Source: an uncultured delta proteobacterium
Lineage (GTDB): Bacteria > Myxococcota_A > Polyangia > Fen-1088
Length of the DNA stretch: 64,000 bases
Assembly: GCA_963796685.1 (NCBI GenBank)
Contig: CAWCMR010000005.1
Location: 32,001 to 96,000, forward strand
Direction of reading: 5' to 3'
Shown here: positions 9,754-21,045 of the stretch, piece after piece
How positions within the stretch are numbered: the first letter of the stretch is position 1
Layout of the letters: each line of letters starts with the position of its first letter
Translations under genes and position numbers: made by a program
Notes under the pieces: model-generated
Told to the model about the DNA's origin: nothing
Databases searched by the model: none
What the model saw: only the letters and a program-made list of their open reading frames with translations

Positions 9754-10098
9754 GAGTCGTTCGGCATGGCGGCCATCGAGCGCTACGAGGCCGAGCTTCT
9801 CGCCTACGCGGAAGCGGCCTTGACCAAGGTCCCCGGCCTGCGCCTCATCGGCAAACCCAAGCACCGGGCCGGCGCCATCTCCTTCATGCTGGGCGACATC
9901 CATCCCCACGACCTCGGGACCGTGCTGGATCGCTATGGCGTCGCCATTCGCGCCGGACACCACTGCGCCCAGCCCACCATGAAACGCATGGGCGTGCCGG
10001 GAACCGCGCGCGCCTCGTTCGCCTTCTACAACAAGCCCGAAGAGGTCGACACCTTGGTCGACTGCCTCGTCGAGGCCCAGAAAGTGTTCCGCCAATGA
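9754..10098 (+). pseudogene. sufS: 5'-truncated cysteine desulfurase, copy 2
   Basis: Near-identical to 2088-2433 but starts ~57 bp further into the gene than copy 1. Confidence 0.9.
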
Positions 10099-10574
10099 GC
10101 GAGCTCGACGACCTCTATCAGGAAGTGATCCTCGATCACCAGCGCAACCCGCGCAACTACGCCAAGTTGCCCACGGCCAACCACCAGGCCGAGGGCGCCA
10201 ATCCCCTGTGCGGCGATCACGTCACCGTATACCTCGACGTCAAGGACGGGGTCATCCGCGACATCAGCTTCCAAGGCGAGGGCTGCGCCATCGCCAAGGC
10301 CTCGGCGTCCATGATGACGTCGGTGGTGAAGGGAAAGTCCTTGGCCGACGCCTCCGAGACCTTCAAGCGCTTTCACCAAATGATCACCGGCGGCCAGGAT
10401 CCCTGCTTCGATCTCGAAGACCTGGGCAAGCTCGCCGCCTTCTCCGGCGTGAGCGCGTTCCCCGTGCGGGTCAAGTGCGCGAGCCTCGCCTGGCACACCT
10501 TGAACGCCGCCATGCACGAGACCACGACCGCGCCCACCAGCAGCGGCGAGCCCAACAAGGAGCCCCAGAAGTGA
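10095..10574 (+). CDS. sufU: SUF system NifU-family protein, copy 2
   Basis: Same motifs as copy 1 with a diverged C-terminal tail. Confidence 0.93.
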   Translation: MSELDDLYQEVILDHQRNPRNYAKLPTANHQAEGANPLCGDHVTVYLDVKDGVIRDISFQGEGCAIAKASASMMTSVVKGKSLADASETFKRFHQMITGGQDPCFDLEDLGKLAAFSGVSAFPVRVKCASLAWHTLNAAMHETTTAPTSSGEPNKEPQK

Positions 10575-10978
10575 CGGCGACGCCCGATCCCCAGCGCGCA
10601 CCCGACCCGCCATCCGACCCGTCACCCGACCCACCCTCGGGCTCCACCGCCAACGATGCGGCCACCACCCAGTTGGAGCGCCTGGTGTGGCAGGAGCTGC
10701 GCGAGTGTTACGACCCTGAGATCCCCGTCAACATCGTGGAGCTGGGGCTCGTGTACGCCATGCGCTCCGAGCCTCTGCCCGAGGGCGGCCACCGGGTCGA
10801 GGTCCTCATGACCGTGACCTCCCCTGCCTGTGGCATGTCCGAGATCCTGCGCTCCGAGGCCGACGAACGCATCCGCAAGCTGCCCGGCGTCGCCCAGGTC
10901 GAGGTGGCCATCACCTTCGACCCGCCCTGGCCCCCCGAGCTCATGAGCGACGACGCGCGCATGATGCTGAATTTGTGA
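10571..10978 (+). CDS. sufT: DUF59/SufT, copy 2
   Basis: YDPEIPVNIVELGLVY; 4-aa longer N-terminal linker; PPWPP instead of PPWTP. Confidence 0.88.
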   Translation: MTATPDPQRAPDPPSDPSPDPPSGSTANDAATTQLERLVWQELRECYDPEIPVNIVELGLVYAMRSEPLPEGGHRVEVLMTVTSPACGMSEILRSEADERIRKLPGVAQVEVAITFDPPWPPELMSDDARMMLNL

Positions 10979-11029
10979 TTGGGGAGAGCGCAGAGGGCGG
11001 AGGAGGACGCGGAGGGCGGAGAAGCTCGG

Positions 11030-11205
11030 GAGGGTCTGGCCGACTCCTCAAAGGGACATTCGAGACCGACACGATCTGCCCTCGCTGCAAGAGCCCTCTC
11101 CGCCTCATCGCCACGATCGAGACCGAGGACACCATCAAAAAGATTCTCTCTGCCATGGGGCTACCCAGTGAGGGGCCCAAACTTTGGCCCCCACGATCGG
11201 CCGCC
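11030..11205 (+). mobile_element. IS91-family transposase C-terminal remnant
   Basis: RLLKGTFETDTICPRCKSPLRLIATIETEDTIKKILSAMGLP, homologous to 3775-3910. Confidence 0.75.
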
Positions 11206-11338
11206 TTCCGGGGCGCCTCCCGTTGCCATTTGGGCATCGCCTTGGAGTGCGGAGGTCGATCCGCCCATGTTCGAGGTGCCACATCCCGCGTCCCGCTTCA
11301 TCGGTCGAAAGCGGCCCATGCTCGAAACTAGAAGATCA

Positions 11339-11719
11339 TCAGGCGTTCGCCGCTTTTCTGGCCCGTCGGGCGGCGATGAATGACCTTACAGTCAGCGCCA
11401 GAAAAGCCAAGCAAAGGACCGCCATGATGGATCGGGCCATGGCCGCTGGCGGACGCTTGATGGTTTCCCCGGCTGCCATTCTTACCAGTTGACCGATGCC
11501 GGTGACCGAACCCGCGAAGCCAATCAAAGCGGTCAACGCCGCTCCATGCATGGCATGCATGTGAATTTTAGGATTGCGCGCCAGAACACCGAGCACGACC
11601 AGCACGACGCCCACCGCCGCCGGAATCAACGACGTCGGGTGTTGCGCCCCCGTACTGAAGTATCCGGCGATGCCCAGCGCTACCAGTGCGACCCCGAATC
11701 CGATGGTTGTCCTTGTCAT
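11339..11719 (-). CDS. Small membrane protein (TMEM14-like)
   Basis: About four hydrophobic segments; GYFSTG..PTSLIPA. Confidence 0.7.
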   Translation of the reverse strand: MTRTTIGFGVALVALGIAGYFSTGAQHPTSLIPAAVGVVLVVLGVLARNPKIHMHAMHGAALTALIGFAGSVTGIGQLVRMAAGETIKRPPAAMARSIMAVLCLAFLALTVRSFIAARRARKAANA

Positions 11720-12117
11720 GGCCAGAATCTAGCAGGCCAACCCCACCAACGCTGCCCAACTGGCGTGCTGCCAAGGACATCTGACCTGCTATGCCGGCAG
11801 ATGCAAAGTCGAGGCGCCGGCTTGCCCGGCCGATGGTGGCCTGAATTCGGCCGTCGATGCGGAAAGCGGCGACCTGGCGACCCTTTCCCCCACTAGGCGG
11901 AAATATCGTGAGCGTGTCGGGGAGCTTCGACCTGACTGACGAGAGTCGCACTCCGGCCGCCGGTTTGCGCCGACCGATGAGTGCGCAGGAAAGCACGAGC
12001 CGCCGCCGTAGGGCTTTTCCACGCCAAACAAGCCCCCGTGTCTTTCTTCTCCGCGCAGACCCCGGAGAAGGCGCGCGCGGCACTTGAGGGCTGGAGAACG
12101 TCGAGTTCGGACAGCCT

Positions 12118-12145
12118 CGACCTGCCCACTTGGCTGGGCAGGTCG
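12118..12145. other. 11-bp perfect inverted repeat (hairpin)
   Basis: CGACCTGCCCA-cttggc-TGGGCAGGTCG, no U-tract. Confidence 0.5.
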
Positions 12146-12233
12146 GCGGAGCCCCATCCGTCCGTCCGTTTACCATCATAGGTCCGTAGGTTACAGGTGC
12201 AGATCCGTCCGCAGTGTTCAATACTGGCGGCAC

Positions 12234-12881
12234 ATGGCCCGAAAACCCGCCGATGCGTCCTCGAAGGGATCAGCCGATTTTGCGCACACCCCTTTCGCCC
12301 GTCTCGCAAATGAGCCGCAGCTCGCCCCCATGGCTCCTTCCCCACCACCGGCTCGCAACCCGGCGTCACCCCGTCGTGACCGGTCCGCGCCGCCACCCAG
12401 AATTGGCGTGCACCATGAATCCGTCGGGCGAAGCGGCAAGGTCGTCACGCGCATCGCCGGCCTGCCCCATGACCTGCTCGAGACCGTCGCCGACCGTCTG
12501 AGCAAGGCCCTGGGATGCGTTGCCCAGGTGAACGAGGCGGACGTGATCCTGGAGGGCGGCCTGAAGGAACGCGCCAGCGATTGGCTGCAAAAGATCGGAG
12601 ACGTCCGCAAACTTAACGATGAGAAGCCCGCACCCGCCAAGGCGGCCGCACCTGTACCCGCTGCCCCGCGCCTAGCCGCCACCACTGCCTCGGGCACCTA
12701 TCGCCGGAACATTCGTCCAGGAATGAAAGTCGCCATCGTCCTCAAGGACGACCAACCCACTGGCGAGCTGACCACCGGCGTAGTTCGAGATCTGCTGACC
12801 AGCAGCGACGAACATCCCCGCGGCATCAAGGTCCGCCTGCAATCCGGCCAGGTTGGTAGGGTGAAAGTCATCTACGCTTAG
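12234..12881 (+). CDS. SUI1/YciH-like domain fused to YwbE (DUF2196) domain
   Basis: ESVGRSGKVVTRIAGL..LSKALGCVAQV..VILEG, then IRPGMKVAIVLKDDQPTGELTTGVVRDLLTSSDEHPRGIKVRLQSGQVGRV. Confidence 0.8.
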   Translation: MARKPADASSKGSADFAHTPFARLANEPQLAPMAPSPPPARNPASPRRDRSAPPPRIGVHHESVGRSGKVVTRIAGLPHDLLETVADRLSKALGCVAQVNEADVILEGGLKERASDWLQKIGDVRKLNDEKPAPAKAAAPVPAAPRLAATTASGTYRRNIRPGMKVAIVLKDDQPTGELTTGVVRDLLTSSDEHPRGIKVRLQSGQVGRVKVIYA

Positions 12882-12909
12882 AGGCCAATCGTCTAGAAGA
12901 GACCGTCCA

Positions 12910-13224
12910 TCAGGCCGCGACAGCGGGTACGGGCCGACCCGGCCGTGCAGTCTGTCCGTTCACGCGCTCCGACTCGGAGAAGGCATTTCGAGTGTCTTCT
13001 CGATAAACCTGCATGCCGATGTCGGTCACTTGCTCCTGGGTAAACGCGGTCAGAGAACCAATGACATTGGCAACGTAGGCCGACCGAAGTTGCACCACCG
13101 CGGGCATCACGGGCGACTGCCAGACGCCATCGCCCGTGACCGCGTTGGGCAGCCACCCAACCAACGGCTCGGTACCGGCGTAGATCTCCACGACATTCGC
13201 TGTACGACGTCGCTGGTCATCCAT
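12910..13224 (-). CDS. Hypothetical protein
   Basis: 104-aa ORF filling an intergenic gap, with protein-like composition. Confidence 0.45.
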   Translation of the reverse strand: MDDQRRRTANVVEIYAGTEPLVGWLPNAVTGDGVWQSPVMPAVVQLRSAYVANVIGSLTAFTQEQVTDIGMQVYREDTRNAFSESERVNGQTARPGRPVPAVAA

Positions 13225-13307
13225 TCTGGTAAAGCAGCTCTCGCAATCGCAATTAACTTTCGCCGCGAACTGCCGATGTGTGACGATGGTTCAGGTCGAG
13301 AGGCGAG

Positions 13308-14681
13308 TTGCAGGCGAGCAGTATCACATCCGCGACACGTCCTCTTCGACGTTCGCTTCGAGCATGTATGGCCGAGGGGCTGATGGCAGAGATCTTTGCT
13401 GCCTGCAGTGGCGGTGCCGTGCTCACTGGATGGGCGATTTACCTCGGCGCCGATCCCTTGCTGACCGGCGTCGTGATGGCGCTGCCGCAGATGGCGCAGC
13501 TCTTCCAGATCCCGGCGGCGTGGACGACGTCGCGGCTGGGGGCGCGGCGCGCAGCTATTGTGTTGGTCGCCCTCCAGCGGCAGGTCGCACTGCCACTTGC
13601 CGCCCTCCCGTGGTTGCCTCTGCCGGCCAGCGCATCCCGTGCCGTGCTGGTCGTGGTCACGGCCCTGGCCGCGATTCTCAGCGTGCTCGGCAACAACGCT
13701 TGGGTTTCGTGGATGGGCGACTTGGTCCCGCCCGGTATCCGCGGCCGCTACTTCGGACGACGCACGGCTCTATGCACTGCCGGCGGTTCGCTCGCATCGG
13801 CCGCTGCCGGTCTGCTGCTCGACGGGTCGCACCGGCACGGCCTTGGTGGAGAGGGTCTAGCGATCCTTCAAGTACTCGCCTGTATCAGTGGTGCGCTCAG
13901 TGCGATGTTGATGGCGCGGCAACACCAAGGGCAAAGCCCTGGGGGGCGAGAGGGTGGATTCACCCTCCGCCGTGCGCTGCAGCCGCTTCGTGATCGCAGC
14001 GTTCGCGGATTTTTCGGATATCTCATTGCCTGGAATATCGCCATCGGCATTGCAGGCAGCTTCTTCTCACTCTTCATGCTGCGCGATTTGCGCATGGGAT
14101 TCACCCTGGTCGCGGTCCAGAGCATGGGTACCGCCGTCGTGCGCATCGTGGTCGCTCCGACCTGGGGTAGTCTCGTCGACCGTCTGGGGGCTCGCCCGGT
14201 CATGGTGGCTTGTTCGTTTGGCATCAGTCTGGTGCCTATCATCTGGCTGTTTCCGACCCCCACGTGTCTGTGGCCGTTGGCGCTCGACTCGTTCCTCACG
14301 GGCGTACTTTGGTCGGGTCACAACCTGGCCTCGTTCAATTTGCCCCTGGCGGTCACGCCGCGGGCCAGCCGGCCGTTCTACCTGGCCCTTTTCGCTACTG
14401 TGGCGGGCGTGGCGTTCGCGTTGGCCACTGCGGCGGCAGGTTTGCTGATACCCGCACTGCCCGAGCACATCACCGTCGGCGGCCACCCGATGAACGGTCT
14501 CCAGCAACTCTTCGCGCTCTCCGCTCTGCTCCGCCTGCTTGCATCGTTCGTTGCGCTCCGCATGGAACATGCCTCGCCCCGAGACGTGCTCATCGTAATG
14601 CGCGCCGCGCGCTCGGCGCTGCCAGGCTGTTTGATGAGGCGCGTGTTTCGGCATACCAGCGGCGACACCGGTCCCGGCTAG
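13308..14681 (+). CDS. MFS transporter
   Basis: About 12 TM segments; WMGDLVP..RGRYFG, WGSLVDRLGARP. Confidence 0.85.
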   Translation: MQASSITSATRPLRRSLRACMAEGLMAEIFAACSGGAVLTGWAIYLGADPLLTGVVMALPQMAQLFQIPAAWTTSRLGARRAAIVLVALQRQVALPLAALPWLPLPASASRAVLVVVTALAAILSVLGNNAWVSWMGDLVPPGIRGRYFGRRTALCTAGGSLASAAAGLLLDGSHRHGLGGEGLAILQVLACISGALSAMLMARQHQGQSPGGREGGFTLRRALQPLRDRSVRGFFGYLIAWNIAIGIAGSFFSLFMLRDLRMGFTLVAVQSMGTAVVRIVVAPTWGSLVDRLGARPVMVACSFGISLVPIIWLFPTPTCLWPLALDSFLTGVLWSGHNLASFNLPLAVTPRASRPFYLALFATVAGVAFALATAAAGLLIPALPEHITVGGHPMNGLQQLFALSALLRLLASFVALRMEHASPRDVLIVMRAARSALPGCLMRRVFRHTSGDTGPG

Positions 14682-14851
14682 CCTGCCGGGTTTTGCCGAC
14701 GCTACGGCACCACCGAGCCCTACTTGACGATCGGATGGTCGAGCCGCGGGCCGTGCCCCATGGTCGGAGCAAGTAGACGCGACGCTGGCGCCCACGGCGA
14801 TGGCACAACCCTCACTGCCGCTTGCCTCCCACGGACCGCCCTGCTAGCTCA

Positions 14852-14995
14852 CTGTCTACGTCGAGAATGCCGGGGACTTCCTCGTGCCGGTCGATGCCGT
14901 TGTCTCGGTGCAATCGGAAAAAGTGACGTTCGACTGCCGGAAGCTTGAGCCCGGGCTGCGGTCCGCCATCGGGCACGCGCACGACGCGGAACGAC
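14852..14995 (+). pseudogene. 3' fragment of a small conserved hypothetical gene
   Basis: VYVENAGDFLVPVDAVVSVQSEKVTFDCRKLEPGLRSAIGHAHDAE with no start. Confidence 0.4.
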
Positions 14996-15089
14996 TTTGA
15001 GCCGCACCGCCCAGTTGCACGGCCGTTGACGGGGTGGTGGGTCTTAGAAGAACATCCATGCTGCATCGGAGTTCCTGACCCTGGCCTCG

Positions 15090-15743
15090 GCTGGCCAACT
15101 TCCCCAGCTCGTCTATGTGTGGAGCCCGGCCGGATTTGACGAGCACCCGCCTCAAAGGTCCGATCCCGAGTACATTGCCCGCGGACAGGACTTGGTATGG
15201 CAGCGCATCGACGCCGTCGTCAAGGCGGGGCTGTGGCAAGACACGATCTTCATTCTCACCTGGGACGATTGGGGCGGATAGGCCAATCACGTGGTGACCC
15301 CGGCATCCGAGATCGTTCCGGATGCGCTGCATCCCCAGGGGTTTCAGGTCGTCGGTGGCTCGCGCATTCCTCTCATCATGTTTGGTGGCAAGGTTCGTCA
15401 GGGTATCGACAACCGCTGGCATTCCCACGCCAGCATTCCCAAGACGGTAGTGGACATTCTGGGCCTCGGACCCACCGGGATTCCGAGAATCGATGGGGCG
15501 CCCTCGCTCGCCGGGTGGCTATCATCAAACCTCAGTCGCCCCACGCCCCCCGCCTACGGCACACAGATTGAACAACCCACACCGCCTAATCCGTCTCCCC
15601 GACCAGTTCCCCCCTCGAAGTGGGATGGGCCTATGCAGCAGCCGCTAGTGCCACTTGTGGTCAACGCCGGCGAGCCGATTCCAGCGCCCACCGACGGCGA
15701 GGTAAAGGTGAAACCACCCAAAGTGCCGGTCGCTGGTGCCTGA
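15090..15743 (+). pseudogene. Phosphoesterase (phospholipase C/acid phosphatase family) C-terminal fragment
   Basis: DEHPP..TIFILTWDDWGG*..HV..GSRIPLIMFGG..HSHASI; in-frame TAG at 15279. Confidence 0.75.
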
Positions 15744-15849
15744 TTTGCATTGACTACCCGAGATCCCAATCGACACGCGCGTTCATGCTCGAGACCCACC
15801 TGTGCTCCGCCTTCTTCCTGCCTTCCTGCCTTCCTTAGAGGTTTCCGTA

Positions 15850-15900
15850 GGTTGACGATTCTTGGAGCTGGGTTTACGACTACCGGAAGAAGGTTTACGA
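15850..15900 (+). promoter_or_regulatory. Three GGTT(G/T)ACGA direct repeats at 21-bp spacing overlapping a sigma70-like promoter
   Basis: Copies at 15850, 15871 and 15892; TTGACG-N17-TACGAC. Confidence 0.45.
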
Positions 15901-15911
15901 TTTCTCGGCCT

Positions 15912-16300
15912 GTCGACAACACGATCGGCGACACCGCGGTGGGGACATCCCCCGTACGGCACGGAACCGTTGTTCGCGTCGAGGTCGCCCACAAGCCGCG
16001 CCGGACGCTGGTCAGGATTTTCGCCGAGTACACCGAGGACTTCGCATTCACCAAGACGCGCATCGTGGTCAAATTGTTCAGCATCGGCACGCGCTTCATC
16101 TCCCGCTCCGAAGCCCGGCGCGTGCTGTCCAACCTGGAAAAGTTTCGTAGCGGCGTCGCTCAGGCGTCGAAGAGATCGGCCAGGGCTTCGCCGACGAAGT
16201 CTTCCGCGTCTGGAAGGCCTCCCATCCAGGCATCAAGCTGGAGGCCGTGTCCATGTCTGCGCCCGTGGCGTTCCTGGTGCGGCGGGCGAAGGGCGCGTAG
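15912..16300 (+). pseudogene. STAS-like DUF4325 protein C-terminal fragment, frameshifted
   Basis: FISRSEARRVLSNLEKF / GVEEIGQGFADEVFRVW. Confidence 0.75.
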
Positions 16301-16334
16301 AGCGCGGGCCGTTTGCCCATCTTGACCCGTGTAT

Positions 16335-18012
16335 TCACACCCCGACTTGGGAAGAACAGGTCTCCGCCAAAGCGGCGGGCGCGGTGGCCATGCTCTTGGC
16401 CGTACTTCGCAAGAGCGAGGGCCTCTCTTGCCACCACGCCTGCGCCCGCGCGCGCGTCCAATCCGCGCACGAGGAACATTGCTCCAGTCGATCGAGAAGC
16501 TCGCGCGCCGAGCCTGGCCGCCAGGCCGGCTCCTTGGCCAAGCACGAGAGGACCAGCCGTTCCAGTCCCGCATCGAGGCCAGGTACCCGCCCTGCGAGCG
16601 GCGGTGGATCGTCGTGCATGTGCTTCGCGCAGATCTCGATCACGCTCTCGGCTTCGAAGACGTGGCGGCCGAGCAGCAGGTAGTAGGCAACGGCACCAAG
16701 TGCGTACAGATCGCTCCGTGCGTCCACGCGTTCAGGGCTGCGGATCGCCTCGGGGGACATGGTCAGGGGCGTGCCCATGAGTACTCCGGCATTGGTCAGC
16801 TCGGCCTGGGCACGCACGGAACGGACCAAGCCAAAGTCCAGCACTTTGACCACGTCCGGATCGCCGCCGCGCGGCCCAAGCAGGATGTTGGCCGGTTTGA
16901 TATCCCGGTGGACCAGCCCGTGTTCGTGCGCCTCCGCCAGCGCGCCGGCCACCCCGCGCATGACGTGGATCACGCGCCCCGATGGCATGGGCCCGGTGGC
17001 GTGGATGATCTGCTCCAGGCTGGCGCCTTCGATCAGCTCCATGGCGTAGTAAAAGACGCCGTCGGGGGTGCGCCCGTAGTCGTAAATCACCACGGTGTTG
17101 GGGTGGCTGAGTTGGCTGGTGAGCTGCACTTCGCGCTCGAACCGGGCGATGGCGTCCTGACCCGCCTGCGCAGGCGGAAGCAACTTGATCGCCACCGGAC
17201 GCTTCATGAGTGCGTGGCGCGCGCGGTACACCACGCCCATCCCGCCCTCGCCCAATTTCTCCCCGAGCTCGTATTGTCCCAGTCGGCGCGCGACCACGAC
17301 CTCCTCTTCGAGCCGGTGCACGACGCGGGCGATCACCGCACACACCGCACTGGTGAAGAGCCACCAGACGGTGCCAAAGACGATGAGGAAGCTGTGCTCT
17401 CGCGGTACCAGAGCAAACTCGCCCGGCAGCATGGCGGGCCAGCCTAGCCCCGAGGAGATGGTCAGCGGCAGCCCCACCACGGTGACCAGCGCCAGCATGT
17501 GCCGCACGGAACTGGGGACCAACGCGGCTCTCAGTGCCAGGATCTGCGTGGCAGCGAGCAGCGCGGTCAACATGCCAGACAGCTCCAACACGAGCCGCAG
17601 CAAGCCAGGATCGCCGCCCGAGGCCAAGCCGTGCGTACGACAGAATTCCGCGACGCCAGTTGATCAACCCGGGGTTGGCCAACCGGATGGCGAAGCACGC
17701 CGCCAGCATGCTGATGGAAACGGCCACAAGCTCGACCCCACGGACCACCCGCAAAGGCCGGGCCTTCCCGCGGGAAAACCACCACAGCCCGACCATGACG
17801 AGGTTGGACAGGGCGAAAAGTAGGTACGCCTGCAAAAGAAAATGCGCCCTGGGCAAGTCGGACACCGCTTGTACGGCCATGCCAGCTGCGGAGCACCACG
17901 CCGCCACGCGCGCGAAGAGCGCCGTGCGTTGCTGGATGTAGTACGACGTCCCCGTGCTGGAACTGTGAAAGACACATCCAGCCGGAAGAGCGGGCGAGCT
18001 CGGAGGGATCAC
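16335..18012 (-). CDS. Membrane-anchored Ser/Thr protein kinase (frameshift near 17635; start uncertain)
   Basis: LGEGGMGVVY, VAIK, HRDIKPAN, DFGL; the N-terminal TM region lies in a second frame. Confidence 0.85.
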
Positions 18013-18039
18013 ACGCTCAGGATAGCTCAAGAATGTCGC

Positions 18040-18682
18040 CACGTAGCCTTCAGCCGCAAGGCCATGGTCACCCGCACCGGCGAGGCACCCAGGATGGGGA
18101 CGACCCAGATCACGAGTCAAGCGGTGATGGGGCAGTATTCGATGGAGAACGGCTTCTTCGGCCGCGTGTCCACCGCCGGGACCGATGCCACGCTCTCCCG
18201 ATTCGGGGGCACGGTGTTCGACATGGCGACCTCGGTTGCTGCGACCGCCGACGGCGGTTTCCTGCTGGGCGGTTGGACCTCGGCCAGCGCGGGAATCGGC
18301 GGCAAGACGGTTTCCGCCAGCCAAGACGGGTCTGCCCTGGTCGCCCTGGTTAACTCGCAGGGACAGGCCAGCCTGGGCCAAGGTCATTCCAGGCAAGACC
18401 ATGGCCGACGACGTCGTGCTGGGGCCTGACGGCAAGGCTTACGTGGTCGGCCTGTTCGCCAACGACGAGATCCTGTACACCTACAATCCCACCGCCGACA
18501 CGCTCACCGCGCGCAAGACCGTGTCCGGCAACGCCACCGACAACGCCCTTCGCACCCACAGCGTTGCCGTGTCCACGTCGGGGACCATCTGGCTTACCGG
18601 CACGTTCCAAGGGACCATCGACCTGGGCACCGGGGCGATGTCCACCAGCACAGTGTCCGCGTTCTTGCTCAAGCTGAATTGA
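18040..18682 (+). pseudogene. Beta-propeller (SBBP-like) repeat protein C-terminal fragment, frameshifted near 18375
   Basis: ATSVAATADGGFLLGG, GTIWLTGTFQGTIDLGTG..AFLLKL. Confidence 0.55.
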
Positions 18683-18740
18683 CGGCCCCTCGGACTAGCC
18701 CCAAGCCGTAGCGCGTGCTTGGAGCCGTTGATGTTCTTGA

Positions 18741-20355
18741 TCAGGGAGCTGCGACTTGAGCGAGGGTGTAGTGGCTGGTGGCCGCGCGCGTGAGGCAATC
18801 CATGATGTCCTGGTATCGGACACTCGCCGGCGTGGTGGTGCGATTGAACAGCTCCTGGCCGGCATCCCACAAGAACGGAGCGATGCCGCGGTCGTGGGCC
18901 GCTTTGGTTACGTATTCGATCCAATATCGCCGGTAATTCTCGGCGCCGCTCGTGGCCAGTGTGGCCGTCGCGTCGTATTCCCCCATGATCACGGGAAGGC
19001 CGCTGTCGATGTAGGTTGTCTTCATCTTGTCGAATTCGCTCGTCACATACGACTCCTGCCCGTAGTTGTTCGAGCACGAATACGCGGCCCCCCAGCAGAG
19101 CGTCGAGCCGTTGATCGCGAATTCATAGGGCGTGTAGTAGTGATACGTCATGATCAAATGGTTTGCGATGGTGTCGGTCGGTAGCACGAACCCCGGCACG
19201 GTATCGTCGATGTTGGTATTGTAGCCCGGTACCACGAGGAATCGGCTCGCGTTGTTGCCCCCCGTCCCGCGAACCGTGGTCACGAAGTCCTGATCGAGGT
19301 TGTTGACGTCGGTGTACCAGGAGGCTTGCGCCGTTCCATAGCCGTCGTGAATCTCGTTCATCGCTTCGAAGACCAGTCGGTTGTCATAGCTCTTGAAGTG
19401 ATTCGCGATCTGGGTCCACACGGACTCGAATTCGTTGATCATCGTGGTGCCGTACATCTCGATGCCAAGCCACTGAATGTTCGCGACCGCGTCCGCGCCA
19501 TCGTGGTGCACGTTGATGATGACATTCAGTCCGGCAGTGAGCGCGTAGTTGACGACGGTATCGACGCGCGCCATCCAGGTGGCGTCGATGGTGTAGCTCG
19601 GTGCCGCGCCAAGGTGCTCGGACCACGTCACGGGGATGCGCACGGCTTTGAAGCCGTGGGCGGCGACCTGCGTGAGCAGGTCCTGCGTGACGAGCGGGTT
19701 CCCCCAGCAGGTTTCGTCGCTCGCTCCGCACCCGTCGGAATCCAGGCTGTTTCCCAGGTTCCATCCGAGCGTCCAGGTGGCGACGAGAATCCGCAGCCGT
19801 GGCGGGCGCCCCGGTCGACGTGGCTCCACCGGCTCCAGCACCCCCAGCCGCCGTTCCTCCTGTGGCCGTACCACCCGTGGCCGCGCCACCCGTGCCATGG
19901 GTCCCCCCGGTGCCGGCTCCGCCCGAGCCGGTGCTGCCACCGCTCGCCGCTCGGCCGCCGGAGCCACCGCTCGCCGTGCCTCCGGAACCTCCCCCGACCC
20001 CCGTCATCCCTCCACCTCCCGACGGTGTAGTGCCGCCGCCAGTCCCGCCGCTTGCGCCACCCGTACCGGGTGCCCCTCCCGACGCCCCCGTCCTGCCGCC
20101 GCTCCCGAGCGCGCCGCCCGAACCGGTCGCGCCGCCCGCGCTTCCCCCGGAGCCTTGTGCGCCGCCCGAGGATTGGCTGCCGCCGTTGCCTAGTGCTCCA
20201 CCGGACGACGGGCTGCCACCGCTTCCGCGTGTTCCGCCCGAGGATTGGCTCCCGCCAGCCGCCCCGCCCGCGCCTCCGCTGTGACCGGTGTTTCCGCACC
20301 CTCCGAGCAAGAGGGCGACGGAGGCAGTGACGATGGCAAACGGTAGCTTCTTCAT
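18741..20355 (-). CDS. GH5 endoglucanase lipoprotein with Gly/Ser/Thr linker (1-nt frameshift near 19789)
   Basis: Lipobox LLGGC; GWNLGNSLD, VRIPVTW, INVHH, FEAMNE, HYY, IMGEY, WD. Confidence 0.9.
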
Positions 20356-20490
20356 GATGATTCCCTTCGGCAATGCAGTGGCTCGGCATGAACGAGACGG
20401 CTCGCCTCTTGGGCAACGGACACTCGGCTTGTGACTGCTTGCACTATCGCAGTGGCCGATCTTGGGCCTCGTGCGCCACCCGATCGCGAG

Positions 20491-21045
20491 TCAGAGGTTC
20501 GGTACCGCGTCGAGCGCCAGCGTCTTCTCGTCGACCTGGACGGTCGCGTCCGAGAACGGCGGGGACTGCCCGGCCGGGCCGTTGATGCTCACCGAGTAAG
20601 CCCAACAGCCCTTGAGGAAGTCGATCTCCGAACCGAGGGCCCCGATGCTGGTCGTCAGGTAGCAGGCGTCGTCGCCCACGCCGGAGACGGGGGCGACGGT
20701 ATAGGGATCACCGACGGGGTTTGCCGGGTGGCAGAAGTCCTCGAAGGTCGCGTAGTTCGAGTTGATGAGAAAGCTGACCTCGAACAACGGGTAGCCCTGA
20801 GCGTCGTCGTACTCCCACAGGCACGCGTCGCCGTCCCATTGCCCGACCGCGCTCGTTCCGATCACCGCGGCCACCTGCGCGTCGCTGAGCCGACTGCAGG
20901 GGTTGCACCCGTCCGTGCAAGCGTTGGGCGAAAACGTCGTGCACGCGCCGCCAGAGGTCCCGGGGCCGCTGCCGCTGCCGCCCCCGCATCCGCTCGCTGA
21001 TGCAGCCAGGAGCGTGGCTCCCGCGATCAACCTCATGAGCTTCAT
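20491..21045 (-). CDS. Cys-containing hypothetical lipoprotein
   Basis: Lipobox ASGC; NPCSRLS..PVSGVGDDA. Confidence 0.7.
   Translation of the reverse strand: MKLMRLIAGATLLAASASGCGGGSGSGPGTSGGACTTFSPNACTDGCNPCSRLSDAQVAAVIGTSAVGQWDGDACLWEYDDAQGYPLFEVSFLINSNYATFEDFCHPANPVGDPYTVAPVSGVGDDACYLTTSIGALGSEIDFLKGCWAYSVSINGPAGQSPPFSDATVQVDEKTLALDAVPNL

Noticed and set aside
2031-10978. suf duplication as a simple assembly repeat artefact
   Set aside because: The copies differ by many synonymous substitutions, different C-terminal tails and a 12-bp indel, and have different junctions. A strain chimera still needs excluding with reads.
11750-12230. Possible ncRNA or riboswitch upstream of the SUI1-YwbE gene
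   Set aside because: Only one hairpin is evident, with no recognisable conserved RNA motif.
19800-20290. Repetitive GC-rich tracts (also 30830-31160) as a CRISPR or VNTR array
   Set aside because: They encode Gly/Ser/Thr linkers of secreted enzymes and have no constant repeat-spacer periodicity.
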